A stretch of 64,000 nucleotides of DNA from Planctomycetota bacterium (GCA_050248855.1 JBFWRP010000010.1:99008-163007), one strand, 5' to 3'; numbered from the stretch's first letter, positions 29,575 to 39,520 are shown. Numbers and translations: made by a program. The notes: a model not told the origin generated them from the letters alone.

Positions 29575-30626
29575 TCCACTCGATTCGTCCGCACAAGATC
29601 ACCAGCATCGCCCATCGCCTCGAGCTCGGTCCCGTCGTCGACTACACGACCGACGGCATCGAAAGCCGCGTCGGCCAGGTGCTCGTCGTGCGCGCCTTGG
29701 AAGAGAAGCGCGTCTACGACGTCGTGGAGCTCACCACGGGTCGCATGGCGCACGTCGCCAAGGGTGACGTGCTCGTGGGTGCGCTGGGGCGCCGTGACGC
29801 GCTGCGCGGCTTCGTGGGTCGCGTGCCGAAGAGCGTCAAGGCCGGTGACGTCATCCACCTGCTCAACCTCGGCGGCGTGCTGGGCACCGCCGTCAGCGAG
29901 AACCGCGACGTCGGCCATCCGCTCCAGGTCGAGGTGCTGGGCATGGCCGTGCGCGAAGGCGTGGGCCTCAACATCGCCGACGCGGCCATGCCCGAGCCCC
30001 CGGCCGACGCGCCCGTGCCCCCGCTCATCGTGGTGTCGGGTACCTGCATGAACGCCGGCAAGACGGTGGCAGCGTGCGAGCTGGTGGCACGGCTCACGCA
30101 GCGTGGCTACCGCGTGGGCGCCGCCAAGCTCACGGGCGTTGCCGCCGTGCGCGACCCCTTCAACATGGACGATCACGGCGCCATCTGCACGCGCACCTTC
30201 CACGACGTCGGCCTGCCCAGCACGGCCGGCATGGAAGATTGCGCGCCCATGGCCAAGCGCGTCCTGCGCTCGATTCCCATCGAGGCCGAGGAGCCGCTCG
30301 ACGTGATCGTCGTCGAGATGGGCGACGGGATCATCGGTCGGTACGGGGTGGAGAGCATCCTGAACGACAAGGAGTACCAGGGCTGGATCGTGGCCCACGT
30401 CCTGGCCGCCAACGACCTGGTGGCCGCCTGGGGCGGGGCGCTCTGGCTGCGCGAGCGCGGCATCCGGCTCGACTGCATCGTCGGGCCCGCGACCGACAAC
30501 CAGGTCGGCGAGGCCTACGTGCGCGAGGAGCTCCAAGTCGAGGCCAGCAACGCGCGCACGGCCGCGGAAGCCTTCGTGGACATCGTGGAGAAGGCCGCCT
30601 TCCACAAGGTCACGGCGCCTGTCTGA
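29571..30626 (+). CDS. DUF1611-like P-loop protein
   Basis: ATGA overlap with argG. ELTTGR, GDVLVGALGRR, GTCMNAGKT (P-loop), AKLTG and VVEMGDGI. Confidence 0.7.
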   Translation: MIHSIRPHKITSIAHRLELGPVVDYTTDGIESRVGQVLVVRALEEKRVYDVVELTTGRMAHVAKGDVLVGALGRRDALRGFVGRVPKSVKAGDVIHLLNLGGVLGTAVSENRDVGHPLQVEVLGMAVREGVGLNIADAAMPEPPADAPVPPLIVVSGTCMNAGKTVAACELVARLTQRGYRVGAAKLTGVAAVRDPFNMDDHGAICTRTFHDVGLPSTAGMEDCAPMAKRVLRSIPIEAEEPLDVIVVEMGDGIIGRYGVESILNDKEYQGWIVAHVLAANDLVAAWGGALWLRERGIRLDCIVGPATDNQVGEAYVREELQVEASNARTAAEAFVDIVEKAAFHKVTAPV

Positions 30627-30629
30627 TCG

Positions 30630-31340
30630 ATGGCCGGTCTGCACCACGACTGGGGGTTGCGCCCGTACGCCGAGGTACACGCCTGGCAGCAGCGGGTGGT
30701 GGCCGCCCGCGTGGACGGCCGCATCCCCAACGTGCTGCTGACGGGCGAGCACCCGCCCGTCATCACGCTCGGCCGCAAGACGCCCGACGACGGCGCGTAC
30801 GCGGCCGACATCCCGCGCGTCGAGGTGGAACGCGGTGGCGAAGCCACGTTCCACGGCCCCGGCCAGCTCGTGGCCTACCCGATCGTGCACCTGACGCAGG
30901 CGCGCAAGGACCTGCACGCATTCCAGCGCGACCTCGAGGAGATCGGCCTGCGCGTGCTCGCCGCGTTCGGCCTCGAAGGCGAGCGCCGCGACGGCCTCAC
31001 GGGCGTCTGGGTCCGGGGTCGCAAGATCCAGAGCCTGGGCATCGCCGTGCGCCGCTGGGTTACCTGGCACGGACTTGCCTTCAACGTGGCCACCGACCTC
31101 GCTGCGTTCCGCACATTCCGCCCGTGCGGTCTCACGGGCGACGTCATGACCAGCCTCGCCGACCAGCTGGGCCGTCGGGTGACGGTGGAGGAGGTCACGC
31201 CCCACCTCGTGAGGATCGCGGGTGAGGTCTTGCCGGGCGGACCGTTCCAGCGCGGCGACCTCCCGCCGGACCTGCAGCTTTCCCCGCTACCCTCGCAGCC
31301 GACGGCCGCGTCCCGCGGCCGCCCCCCGGAGCCCGCATGA
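30630..31340 (+). CDS. lipB: Octanoyltransferase (lipoyl synthesis)
   Basis: EHPPVITLG, RGGEATFHGPGQLVAYPI, KIQSLG, WHGLAFNV and PCG. Confidence 0.93.
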   Translation: MAGLHHDWGLRPYAEVHAWQQRVVAARVDGRIPNVLLTGEHPPVITLGRKTPDDGAYAADIPRVEVERGGEATFHGPGQLVAYPIVHLTQARKDLHAFQRDLEEIGLRVLAAFGLEGERRDGLTGVWVRGRKIQSLGIAVRRWVTWHGLAFNVATDLAAFRTFRPCGLTGDVMTSLADQLGRRVTVEEVTPHLVRIAGEVLPGGPFQRGDLPPDLQLSPLPSQPTAASRGRPPEPA

Positions 31341-32329
31341 GCCCCGAAGCCGCCGTCCCCTCGATGCCGCTGCCCGTGGCGATCCCCGATCGCAAGACGG
31401 TGGACCCCCATCTGGACGTCGAGGCCGAGATCGACCGCCTGCGCAAGGAGCGCAATGCCGTCATCTTGGCGCACTACTACCAAGACGGCGTCATCCAGGA
31501 CCTGGCCGACTACGTCGGCGACAGCCTGGGGCTCTCGCAGCAGGCCGCCAAGACGGACGCCGACGTGATCGCGTTCTGCGGCGTCCACTTCATGGCCGAG
31601 ACGGCCAAGATCCTGAACCCGGACAAGACGGTCGTCATGCCCGACCTCGACGCCGGGTGCAGCCTCGCCGACCGCTGCCCGCCCGACCTGTTTGCCAAGT
31701 GGCTCGAGCAGTACCCCGACCACCTCGTGGTCAGCTACATCAACACCTCGGCCGCCATCAAGGCGCTCTCGCACATCATCTGCACGAGCAGCAACGCGGT
31801 GCGGGTCGTGGCCTCGCTTCCGTCGGACGCCAAGATCGTGTTCGCCCCCGACCGCCACCTCGGGCGCTGGGTCATGAAGCAGACCGGCCGTGACATGGTC
31901 CTGTGGCCCGGCTTCTGCGTGGTGCACGAGCAGTTCACCGCGCGCAAGATGCTGCAGCTCAAGGCCGCACACCCGCGCGCCCATCTGATCGCCCACCCCG
32001 AGTGCGAGCAGGCCGTGCTGGACATGGCCGACTACATCGGCAGCACGACAGGCTTGATCGAACACGTCGTCCACAGCGACCACGACGAGTTCATCGTGGC
32101 CACCGAGATGGGCGTCACGCACCAGATGATGCAACGCCGCCCCGGCGTGAAGATCCTCTGCGCCCCGCCCGAGTCGGGTTGCCAGTGCGCCACGTGCCCC
32201 TACATGCGCCTCAACACCACCGACAAGCTCTACCTCGCGCTCCGCGACCTCGAGCCCGAGGTCGACGTCCCCGCCGACATCCGCGAGCGCGCCCTCCTGC
32301 CCGTGCAGCGCATGCTGGACCTCGGCTAG
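31337..32329 (+). CDS. nadA: Quinolinate synthase
   Basis: ILAHYYQ, GDSLGL, FCGVHFMAE, AGCSLAD, SYINTSA, CVVHE, AHPEC and CPYM. Confidence 0.96.
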   Translation: MSPEAAVPSMPLPVAIPDRKTVDPHLDVEAEIDRLRKERNAVILAHYYQDGVIQDLADYVGDSLGLSQQAAKTDADVIAFCGVHFMAETAKILNPDKTVVMPDLDAGCSLADRCPPDLFAKWLEQYPDHLVVSYINTSAAIKALSHIICTSSNAVRVVASLPSDAKIVFAPDRHLGRWVMKQTGRDMVLWPGFCVVHEQFTARKMLQLKAAHPRAHLIAHPECEQAVLDMADYIGSTTGLIEHVVHSDHDEFIVATEMGVTHQMMQRRPGVKILCAPPESGCQCATCPYMRLNTTDKLYLALRDLEPEVDVPADIRERALLPVQRMLDLG

Positions 32330-32337
32330 CCGCAGAG

Positions 32338-32420
32338 CGCGACCCCGGATGTGTCTGGACCCTTGCCGCGGCGCCGCGCAGCGGCAACGTGGGCAAGGTG
32401 CCTGACACGTAGGGGTCGCG
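32338..32420. repeat. Long imperfect inverted repeat between convergent genes (terminator- or REP-like hairpin)
   Basis: Nested pairings CGCGACCCC/GGGGTCGCG, GTGTC/GACAC and CCTTGCC/GGCAAGG. Confidence 0.6.
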
Positions 32421-32495
32421 GTTCGATCGTCGGCGAACGTCGCAATCTGGTAGCGGGGCCGATGCAGAGTGCATGGCAGGTCGTTCCGCGCTGCC

Positions 32496-35468
32496 TTACC
32501 GCAAGTCGAGCGTCCGCTCGATCACGCCCGTTCCGTCGGACTCGATCACCTCGTCCACGTTCCTCGGCAGCGGCCGCTCCTGACCCGACGTACGCAACCG
32601 GAACGTCCCGGGCCCCAGCCCCGTCAACGTGATCACGTCCTCGCCACTCGAGATCGCACCGCGCATGTACCCCGTGGGCCCATCTTGTTGCGCCGAGAAG
32701 CCGATGCGGGGCACCACCGCGCCCTCCTCGACGAGCAGACGCAACCTCACCGTGGCACCCGGCTCCGTGGCGTGCGTGCCCAGGTCCACGTCACCCCCGG
32801 TGAGATCGACATCGCGCAGCACGAGCGGGACCGCATCAAGAACGTCGACCCAGATCGTGTAGCGTCCGGGCTCGTACCCCCCCACCTCGAGGACGCGGTC
32901 CTTGAGCGGAGCTTCGATCTGGAACGCGGGCTCGCCCGCGGGCTCGCCGCGAAACAACCGCACGGCAAGACGCGGGTTCGATCGCAGGTGCAGCGGAAGC
33001 ACGAGGTCGCGGTCCAACGCAACACGGAACGTGGCCGCCCGCTCCAACCGCAGGACGACGTCGTCGCGGGGCTCGCGCAGCGTCACGCGTCCTCCCTGGC
33101 GGGCCGGGACCAACGTCGGATGACGTGGCTCGAGAACCACGTCGCGATCACCGGGGATGCGGACGCGGAACGTTCCGTCCCTTCCCGTTCGCGCGACGGC
33201 GCCCTTGGCTACGGGGTTCACCACGTCGGGCGACACGTCGACGCCGTACAGCATCAGATCGATGGCCTGCAGCTGCGTCCCTTCCGGGGCTTCGACGCGC
33301 CCCTGGACCAGACCCGACCGCGAGAGATCCCAGGCCAACCGAGTGGTTTCCCCAGCTCGGATGTCGAACGTCGGAAGTGCCACCAGGAGCGTCCGGTCGT
33401 ACACGCGGTAGGTCCCCAAACGCAGGGGCTGCAAGACGAGCTCTCCGTTCGGCGCGGGCGAGGGCATGGTCCCGCCTCGGAAGTCCGTCCATTCCCACCT
33501 GTCCACCGCCGCTTCCCAACGCTCCAGCGTGAGGTTGATGCTGCGATCCGAAGGCAGAGCCAAGTCCAAGACGAGGATTCCCGCCGACTCGAGTGGAACA
33601 GCCAACGAGTCGCTACCGTGCGAGGCATCGACATACAGGCGGCCACCGAAGCGCGTCGTCCCGCGCCCACGCACCTGCAGTGGACGCGACGGTCGCCCGG
33701 GCGGTGGCGTCCACTGGAAGACAACCGACCCATCCGGATCGATCCGATCCGGCACGACGCGCTCGTAGAGTCCGCCCTCGCTTCCGTCGTGCCCCAACTC
33801 GATGATCAGCTCGTCCGGAAGGCTGGCTACACCGTCCACGGTCACGTCGAGGCGCGCCTCGCGCGGCGCCCGCAGGACGACATCCAGCTCGTTGACGGAT
33901 CGTCGTAGGTCGACTGCACCCACGTGATCACCGGCCCACGGCTTCGGCGTGTGCGCCACGAACACGTCCGCCTGTCGACCGGCGAGCGAGCCGAACCGAG
34001 CCGTGCCCTCGCCGTCCACGAGACGAGCCTCCTCGAGGAGCGCGGAGCCACCCCTCAGGATCACCCAGACGCCCTGGGCAGGCGTGCCATCCGAGTTCCG
34101 GACACGCACGATGACCGAGCTACCATCGCGAAAGCTCGTCGCCGTTCCCTCGTCACTGCGCGGAGCACACGAGAGCTCGGCCACGCGCCCACCAGGCTCC
34201 ACAGCGACCCCATGAATGCGACCGGGTCCGAAACCGCTCGCCACGAGCGCTCCGTTCTCGATGGTGCCGTGCGTCGGGAGGATCTCGCCCCGCAGCGCGC
34301 CGTCCGGCGAGAGTCGCACGACGGTTCCGTCCGTGGGCTGCTCGCCACCGCGATCCGTCAAGGGCCACCGGATCGTGCGCACGGGCTGAAGCTCAACGCG
34401 CAGCGTGGAAGTCCCCGGCAAGATGTATGCCCTCATGTGATCAGCTGCGGCCTGGCTGCCCGCGATCGGCATGTACCCATCGGCCTGCACAAGCAGGAAG
34501 AGCGAGTCCGCCGGCCCCAGCCCCGTCAGCAGGACGTTGCCTTGCGCATCGCTGGTTGCGGGAGGAATCGGAGGCGCGTAGACCCGCGGATTGACCATAC
34601 GGCCGGGACCGAAGCGCTCGAGCGCGTGGACGCTCGCGCCCTCGACGGGCTCCCCCGTCGCGGCTGAGACGATCGTGACCTCGACCGTGCGATCCGGCGG
34701 CAGCTCGACGCGCAGGGGCCCAGGCGGCTGGAGCGGAAGGTACGAGCGCACCACGGCCCGCCCCGAGCCCCCGGTGCGCGCGACGATCCGGATCGCGCCA
34801 CGCGGCAAGCCGACTGCCCGGAAGCGACCCGCGGCGTCCGTACGCCCGTGCGCCCACGCGGCCGACATCCGCCCGTCTTCGCCGAAGACGTAGACATCTG
34901 CGGGCCCCACGATCCCGGGCGGAGGAACGACCTCGACCTCGAGCACCTCGCCGGTGGTCAGCGTGAGGACGCCCGCGTCGATGCGATCGCTGACGGCCTG
35001 CATCAGGTACAGGGTCGTGCGTGCAGCGCGCCCCTCGTCGTCTTCCGCGAACACGGTCGTCACGCCGAATGTCGCTGGGTTGATGCCCGCTGCCCACACG
35101 ACGAAGCGCCCCTCGGCATCGGTCTTGACGGACGTGCCACCCGGCGCGGCCGGTACCACACGCACCTCCGCACCGACCGCCGGCACGCCCATCCCCTTCA
35201 CGACCCGACCCTCGACGCGGATGCCGTCCGGCTCGACACCCGGCGTCGAGGCGGGAGCTCCCGAGGGCGCCGCCGGGGGCGACGCCGCGGGCTGGGGACC
35301 CGCTTCGAGCGTGGGCGCGCGACCCGTCGGCGGCGGGTCGTCGGCGACGACCGAAGGGGCCACGTCGCCCGGCACCTCGGGCTCCCCGCTCGTCGGCCAC
35401 AGCGCGAGCGCAATCAAGACCGCAGCCGCCACCACAACGATCGCAAGAGCCCGCCCGTCGCGCATCAT
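32496..35468 (-). CDS. Membrane-anchored carboxypeptidase-regulatory-like repeat protein (paralog A)
   Basis: 990 aa with an N-terminal anchor and repeated beta-sandwich motifs. Ends IESDGTGVIERTLDLR. Confidence 0.8.
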   Translation of the reverse strand: MMRDGRALAIVVVAAAVLIALALWPTSGEPEVPGDVAPSVVADDPPPTGRAPTLEAGPQPAASPPAAPSGAPASTPGVEPDGIRVEGRVVKGMGVPAVGAEVRVVPAAPGGTSVKTDAEGRFVVWAAGINPATFGVTTVFAEDDEGRAARTTLYLMQAVSDRIDAGVLTLTTGEVLEVEVVPPPGIVGPADVYVFGEDGRMSAAWAHGRTDAAGRFRAVGLPRGAIRIVARTGGSGRAVVRSYLPLQPPGPLRVELPPDRTVEVTIVSAATGEPVEGASVHALERFGPGRMVNPRVYAPPIPPATSDAQGNVLLTGLGPADSLFLLVQADGYMPIAGSQAAADHMRAYILPGTSTLRVELQPVRTIRWPLTDRGGEQPTDGTVVRLSPDGALRGEILPTHGTIENGALVASGFGPGRIHGVAVEPGGRVAELSCAPRSDEGTATSFRDGSSVIVRVRNSDGTPAQGVWVILRGGSALLEEARLVDGEGTARFGSLAGRQADVFVAHTPKPWAGDHVGAVDLRRSVNELDVVLRAPREARLDVTVDGVASLPDELIIELGHDGSEGGLYERVVPDRIDPDGSVVFQWTPPPGRPSRPLQVRGRGTTRFGGRLYVDASHGSDSLAVPLESAGILVLDLALPSDRSINLTLERWEAAVDRWEWTDFRGGTMPSPAPNGELVLQPLRLGTYRVYDRTLLVALPTFDIRAGETTRLAWDLSRSGLVQGRVEAPEGTQLQAIDLMLYGVDVSPDVVNPVAKGAVARTGRDGTFRVRIPGDRDVVLEPRHPTLVPARQGGRVTLREPRDDVVLRLERAATFRVALDRDLVLPLHLRSNPRLAVRLFRGEPAGEPAFQIEAPLKDRVLEVGGYEPGRYTIWVDVLDAVPLVLRDVDLTGGDVDLGTHATEPGATVRLRLLVEEGAVVPRIGFSAQQDGPTGYMRGAISSGEDVITLTGLGPGTFRLRTSGQERPLPRNVDEVIESDGTGVIERTLDLR

Positions 35469-35486
35469 CCCGTCTCCCGTCGCGAG

Positions 35487-38459
35487 CTACCGCAAGTCGA
35501 GCGTCACCTCAATGACACCCTCGCCGTCGGACTCGATCGTTTGGTCGAGATGCGGCACCGTGGGCATGGTGATGGCGCTCGTCGTCACGCGGAACGTCCC
35601 GGGGCCCAGCCCCCCGAGAGCGAGAACGGCCTCGCCACGCGAGGTAACCCCGCGCGAGTAGCCGCGCGGCCCCTCCTGGAGAGCTCGTAGGGCGATCCGC
35701 GGCGGTGCGTCGCCCTCCTTGACGAGGAGCGTCAGGCGGACCGTCGCTCCCGGTCGCGGCGGCACCGTTCCGAGGTCCACGACTTGGTCGGTGAGCCGGA
35801 CGCCGGTGAGGGCGAGCGGGGCGGCATCGGGTACATCGATCCAGATGTCGTAGGTCCCAGGGGTGAAGCCACCCACCGTGATCCCCGTCTCGACGACGCG
35901 CACGGTGGACTCCAGGAGCGGCTGCGCTCCGCCTGATGCGAAGAGCAGGACGCGCACGCGCGAGGGTCCGGACATGCTGCGCGGAAGGACGATGTCGCGT
36001 CCGAACGAGAGGACGAACGTGCCTCCGCGCTCCAGACGAAGCACGATGCCGTCCCGCGGGAGGCGCACGCTGGCCGTGCCGCCAACCGCGGCGGGACGGT
36101 ATGTCTCGTGCCGGGGCGAGAGCACGACGTCTCGTTCCCCCGGGACTCGCACCTCGAACTCGCCTTCCGCGTTCGTGTAGGCCGTCACGGCCAGGGACGT
36201 GCCCTTCATGGGATTGACGTCCACCCCCCCCACCTCCACGGCCACGCCTGGGATGGGCTCGCCGTCGGGGCCCACTACGCGCCCGCGAGCCAAGCCGGCC
36301 GAGCCCAAGCGCAGGCCAACTCGAGCGACGCCGCCGGCGCCCAGGTCCACCGCCTCGGAGGCGATGCAGGACGTCAAGTCTGCGGCACGGTAGCGACCGG
36401 GCGTGAGGCCCTCGATGCGACGCAGCGCTGCGCTGTTGGGTGGTGACTCGTCCCACGCGCTACCGAGAACAATGCCCCACGCCGCGCGGTCCTCGTCCCA
36501 ACGCTCCAGATAGGGACGGACCAAGCCGTCCGCGGGCAGGTCGATGGCCAGCTCGAGCGTGCCACCACGGACGAGCGGTACGTCGAACACGTCGGGCCCG
36601 TCTCCACCCTGGTCCTCGAGCATGACGGAGGTCGCTACGTACCCTCGAGCCGTGACGTTCCAGCGCTGCATGGAACCAGTGACGGCGGGTCGCCACGCGA
36701 CGAGGACCGTACCGAGGGCCTCGTCCACGTCTGCGAGCTCACCGCGATCGCGCCGCAAGGGCGCAGCACCCAGCAGATGGAGGCGCAGGTCGGGTGGGAC
36801 TCCCGGCTTGCCGTCGAGCGTGAGCCGGAGAAGCGCTTGTCGCCGACGCGGGACGACGACATCGAAGTCGCCATCGTGCGTAGCCAGGTTCACGCCACCG
36901 ATGCGCTCGCCGCCATGCGACGTGGGCTGCTCGGCGAGGAACACGTCGACAAGCCCGTCGAGAAGCCCATCGAAGCGAGCTACGCCCCCCGCGTCCACTT
37001 GGAGAGCCGGGCGCAGGACGTTGTTGCCTTGGTTTCGGAGGACGACCCAGAGCCCTGTTGCCGGTGCGCCATCTGGGTGCGTGCAGCGAACCGTGACGCT
37101 GCGCGACGGGCGGAAGCTGGTGGCGAGGCCACTTGTCGATCCACCCAGGCAGAACAGCGGTGCAACAAGACCGTCGGGCGTGTGCGCCAGCGCATGCACG
37201 ATGCCGAGCCCGAATCCCTCCCCGACCAGGTCCTCGCCCTCGACGACGGCTTGGGCCGGAAGGGTCGTCTGAACCGCGCCGGGCCTCGGCTCCAGGGTGA
37301 CGACCGTGCCCTGCGGTGGCACGGGACCGTCCGCGTCGGTCAGCGGCCAGCGGATGCGCCGCACGCCCTGCAGGGGGATCCGCAGCGACAGCTGGCCGGC
37401 CCGCACGCGAGGCGACGCGGGATCGCTCAGCGCTTGCGCTCCGGCAATGGACTGATAGCCCGACGCCTCGACGAGGACGACCAGCTCGTCATCAGGGCCC
37501 AGACCACCAATCCATGTGGTCCCATCCGACTGGGTAGGAGCAACGGACAGGGCCGGCAGGTAGGCGTAGAACCCCATCCAGCCGGAGCCCTGACGCAGCT
37601 CGACTGGATGAAGCCGAGCGCCCGCGACCGGGGCGCCACCTTCGGCCGCCACGACAGTGGCACGGATGCGTCGCTCCTCCGGCAGCTCCACGCGAATCGT
37701 GTTGGGTTCGCCCTGCTTCACCTGGGCCGACGCCTCGCCGCGCCCGGTCCCCTCCCCACGGGCCACGACGCGAACATGTCCAGCGGCGAGGCCCAGGAGT
37801 CGCAGCCGACCTGAGGCGTCGCTCGTCCCGCTGGCAACCGGCGGTCCCTGACCATCCCGCATGACCGCAAGTGCAAAGACCTCAGCCGCGCGGCCCGAAC
37901 CGTCAGGCCCCAGTACGAGCACGTCCAGCGAGGCCCCTGGCACGAGGACGAGCACGGTCGGCTCGAGGAGCGCGCCGGGCTGCGGGGACACCCACACACT
38001 GGCCGATCCCGATCGACCGTCCTCGTCTCGCGCCGCCAGGGATGCGGCGCCCCCGAAGGCCTGTGCGGGTCGTGGGACGCGGAACGCGAAGCCACCATCC
38101 TCGCCCGCTCGACTCTCCGAGCGATCGCCGTCGAGACGGAGCATGACGATCTCGGCACCCGCGGCGGCGCTGCCGTCGGGGTACAGCGCGCGCCCCTGCA
38201 CCATGACGTGGGTCGCCGCGAGCTCGGGGGGGAGCTTGGTCGGATCGGGCAGGACCTGCTCCGTGGCATCAGACCGCGGCGGCGGCGGCGACGTGCTCAC
38301 GAGCGTCGGTCCTACGCCGGGGCGCTCCTCGGGCGCGACACCGCCGCCCGTCTCGACGACGGGATCCGCGGGCTCGGGATCGACCGCCTGCAGCGCCGAG
38401 ACGAGAAGCACGAGCCCGACGAGCAGACAGCCGGCCAAGAGGGCGTGAATGGGGCTCAT
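35487..38459 (-). CDS. Membrane-anchored carboxypeptidase-regulatory-like repeat protein (paralog B)
   Basis: Start MSPIHALLAGCLLV after GGAGG, giving 990 aa. Ends IESDGEGVIEVTLDLR. The track's longer N-terminus is antisense to other genes. Confidence 0.8.
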   Translation of the reverse strand: MSPIHALLAGCLLVGLVLLVSALQAVDPEPADPVVETGGGVAPEERPGVGPTLVSTSPPPPRSDATEQVLPDPTKLPPELAATHVMVQGRALYPDGSAAAGAEIVMLRLDGDRSESRAGEDGGFAFRVPRPAQAFGGAASLAARDEDGRSGSASVWVSPQPGALLEPTVLVLVPGASLDVLVLGPDGSGRAAEVFALAVMRDGQGPPVASGTSDASGRLRLLGLAAGHVRVVARGEGTGRGEASAQVKQGEPNTIRVELPEERRIRATVVAAEGGAPVAGARLHPVELRQGSGWMGFYAYLPALSVAPTQSDGTTWIGGLGPDDELVVLVEASGYQSIAGAQALSDPASPRVRAGQLSLRIPLQGVRRIRWPLTDADGPVPPQGTVVTLEPRPGAVQTTLPAQAVVEGEDLVGEGFGLGIVHALAHTPDGLVAPLFCLGGSTSGLATSFRPSRSVTVRCTHPDGAPATGLWVVLRNQGNNVLRPALQVDAGGVARFDGLLDGLVDVFLAEQPTSHGGERIGGVNLATHDGDFDVVVPRRRQALLRLTLDGKPGVPPDLRLHLLGAAPLRRDRGELADVDEALGTVLVAWRPAVTGSMQRWNVTARGYVATSVMLEDQGGDGPDVFDVPLVRGGTLELAIDLPADGLVRPYLERWDEDRAAWGIVLGSAWDESPPNSAALRRIEGLTPGRYRAADLTSCIASEAVDLGAGGVARVGLRLGSAGLARGRVVGPDGEPIPGVAVEVGGVDVNPMKGTSLAVTAYTNAEGEFEVRVPGERDVVLSPRHETYRPAAVGGTASVRLPRDGIVLRLERGGTFVLSFGRDIVLPRSMSGPSRVRVLLFASGGAQPLLESTVRVVETGITVGGFTPGTYDIWIDVPDAAPLALTGVRLTDQVVDLGTVPPRPGATVRLTLLVKEGDAPPRIALRALQEGPRGYSRGVTSRGEAVLALGGLGPGTFRVTTSAITMPTVPHLDQTIESDGEGVIEVTLDLR

Positions 38460-38556
38460 GTCCCCCTCCTCCGGCGACAGGGTCGCACATCGGACGACGG
38501 CCGGGCACCCAGCCAGCAAACGCGGGGATGGGGGGCGAGTTCGAGCGGGGTGGGCC

Positions 38557-38585
38557 TTGCAAACAGGTAATCTTGGAGTTACCTT
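38557..38585 (+). promoter_or_regulatory. Sigma-70-type promoter with overlapping ArsR operator
   Basis: TTGCAA-N17-TACCTT, with inverted repeat AGGTAA-N8-TTACCT at 38565-38584. GTG start lies 7 nt after the -10. Confidence 0.7.
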
Positions 38586-38592
38586 TCCCCCT

Positions 38593-39024
38593 GTGACCGA
38601 CGACCCGCTCGACCCCGTCTTCGAGGCCCTGGCGCACCCGGTGCGGCGGGCGGTGCTCGACATCGTGAAGCGGATGCCGGGCGCCTCGGTCGCCGACATC
38701 GCCCGCGAGTTCCCCATCAGCCGCATCGCCGTGATGAAGCACCTGGCCCAGCTGGAGGCGGCCGAGCTCTTGACCAGCGAGAAGCGCGGGCGCATCCGGC
38801 ACCACTGGATCAACACGGTCCCCTTGCAACGCATCGTGGATCGGTGGCAAGACGAGTACGGCGCCTTCTGGAGCACGCAGGTCGTGGACCTCAAGCGCCG
38901 CCTGGAGCAATCGCAAGACCCATGTCCCCCATCGACGAGTCCGCCGAAGGCGACGCCACGAACCAGCAGGTCTACCGGATCACGATCCGCGCCACGCCCC
39001 AGAAGGTCTGGGACGCGTTCGTGA
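38593..39024 (+). CDS. ArsR/SmtB-family transcriptional regulator
   Basis: DPVFEALAHPVRRAVLD, ISRIAVMKHLAQLEAAEL and KRGR. Confidence 0.88.
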   Translation: MTDDPLDPVFEALAHPVRRAVLDIVKRMPGASVADIAREFPISRIAVMKHLAQLEAAELLTSEKRGRIRHHWINTVPLQRIVDRWQDEYGAFWSTQVVDLKRRLEQSQDPCPPSTSPPKATPRTSRSTGSRSAPRPRRSGTRS

Positions 39025-39503
39025 AGGAGGGCGAGGTCCTGCCCTTCCTCTTCAACTCCGTACTGCACACGACGCGCTTGGCGCCGGGCGCACCGATCCG
39101 CATGCGCAGCCCGAACGGCAAGACCACCGGCGTCGTCGGCGAGGTGCTCGAGATCGACCCGCCCCACCGCTACGTGCATACGCTGCGCTTCACGCCGCTG
39201 GACGATGCGCCGTGCGTCGTGAAGTACGAGTTCCGCCCCGTGGAGGGCGGCACCGAGTTCGTGCTCACGACGACGGGCGTCCCGCCCGGCACGAAGACGG
39301 CGAAGTACATGAAGCAGGGCGGCCCCTTCATCGTGAAGACGCTCAAGGGCTGCGTGGAGGATGGCCGCCCGCCGTTCGGTTCCCGCGTCATGCTGCGTCT
39401 GATGGGCGCTACGGCCTGGATGACGCCCAAACGCTGCAACAGCGAGTATTGGCCGCTCGACAAGGGCACGGACGGCCCGCACGGCTACCCCGCGAAGAAG
39501 TAG
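38922..39503 (+). CDS. SRPBCC/AHSA1-family protein
   Basis: VYRITIRATPQKVWDA, GEVLEIDPPHRYVHT and VKYEFRPVEGGTEFVL. This family typically follows ArsR genes. Confidence 0.82.
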   Translation: MSPIDESAEGDATNQQVYRITIRATPQKVWDAFVKEGEVLPFLFNSVLHTTRLAPGAPIRMRSPNGKTTGVVGEVLEIDPPHRYVHTLRFTPLDDAPCVVKYEFRPVEGGTEFVLTTTGVPPGTKTAKYMKQGGPFIVKTLKGCVEDGRPPFGSRVMLRLMGATAWMTPKRCNSEYWPLDKGTDGPHGYPAKK

Positions 39504-39520
39504 AAGCAGGAGACGTACCC

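Noticed and set aside
38460..39482. N-terminal 340 aa of track ORF 35487..39482
   Set aside because: It is antisense to the ArsR and SRPBCC genes. The start at 38459 has an SD and a signal anchor and matches the paralog's length.
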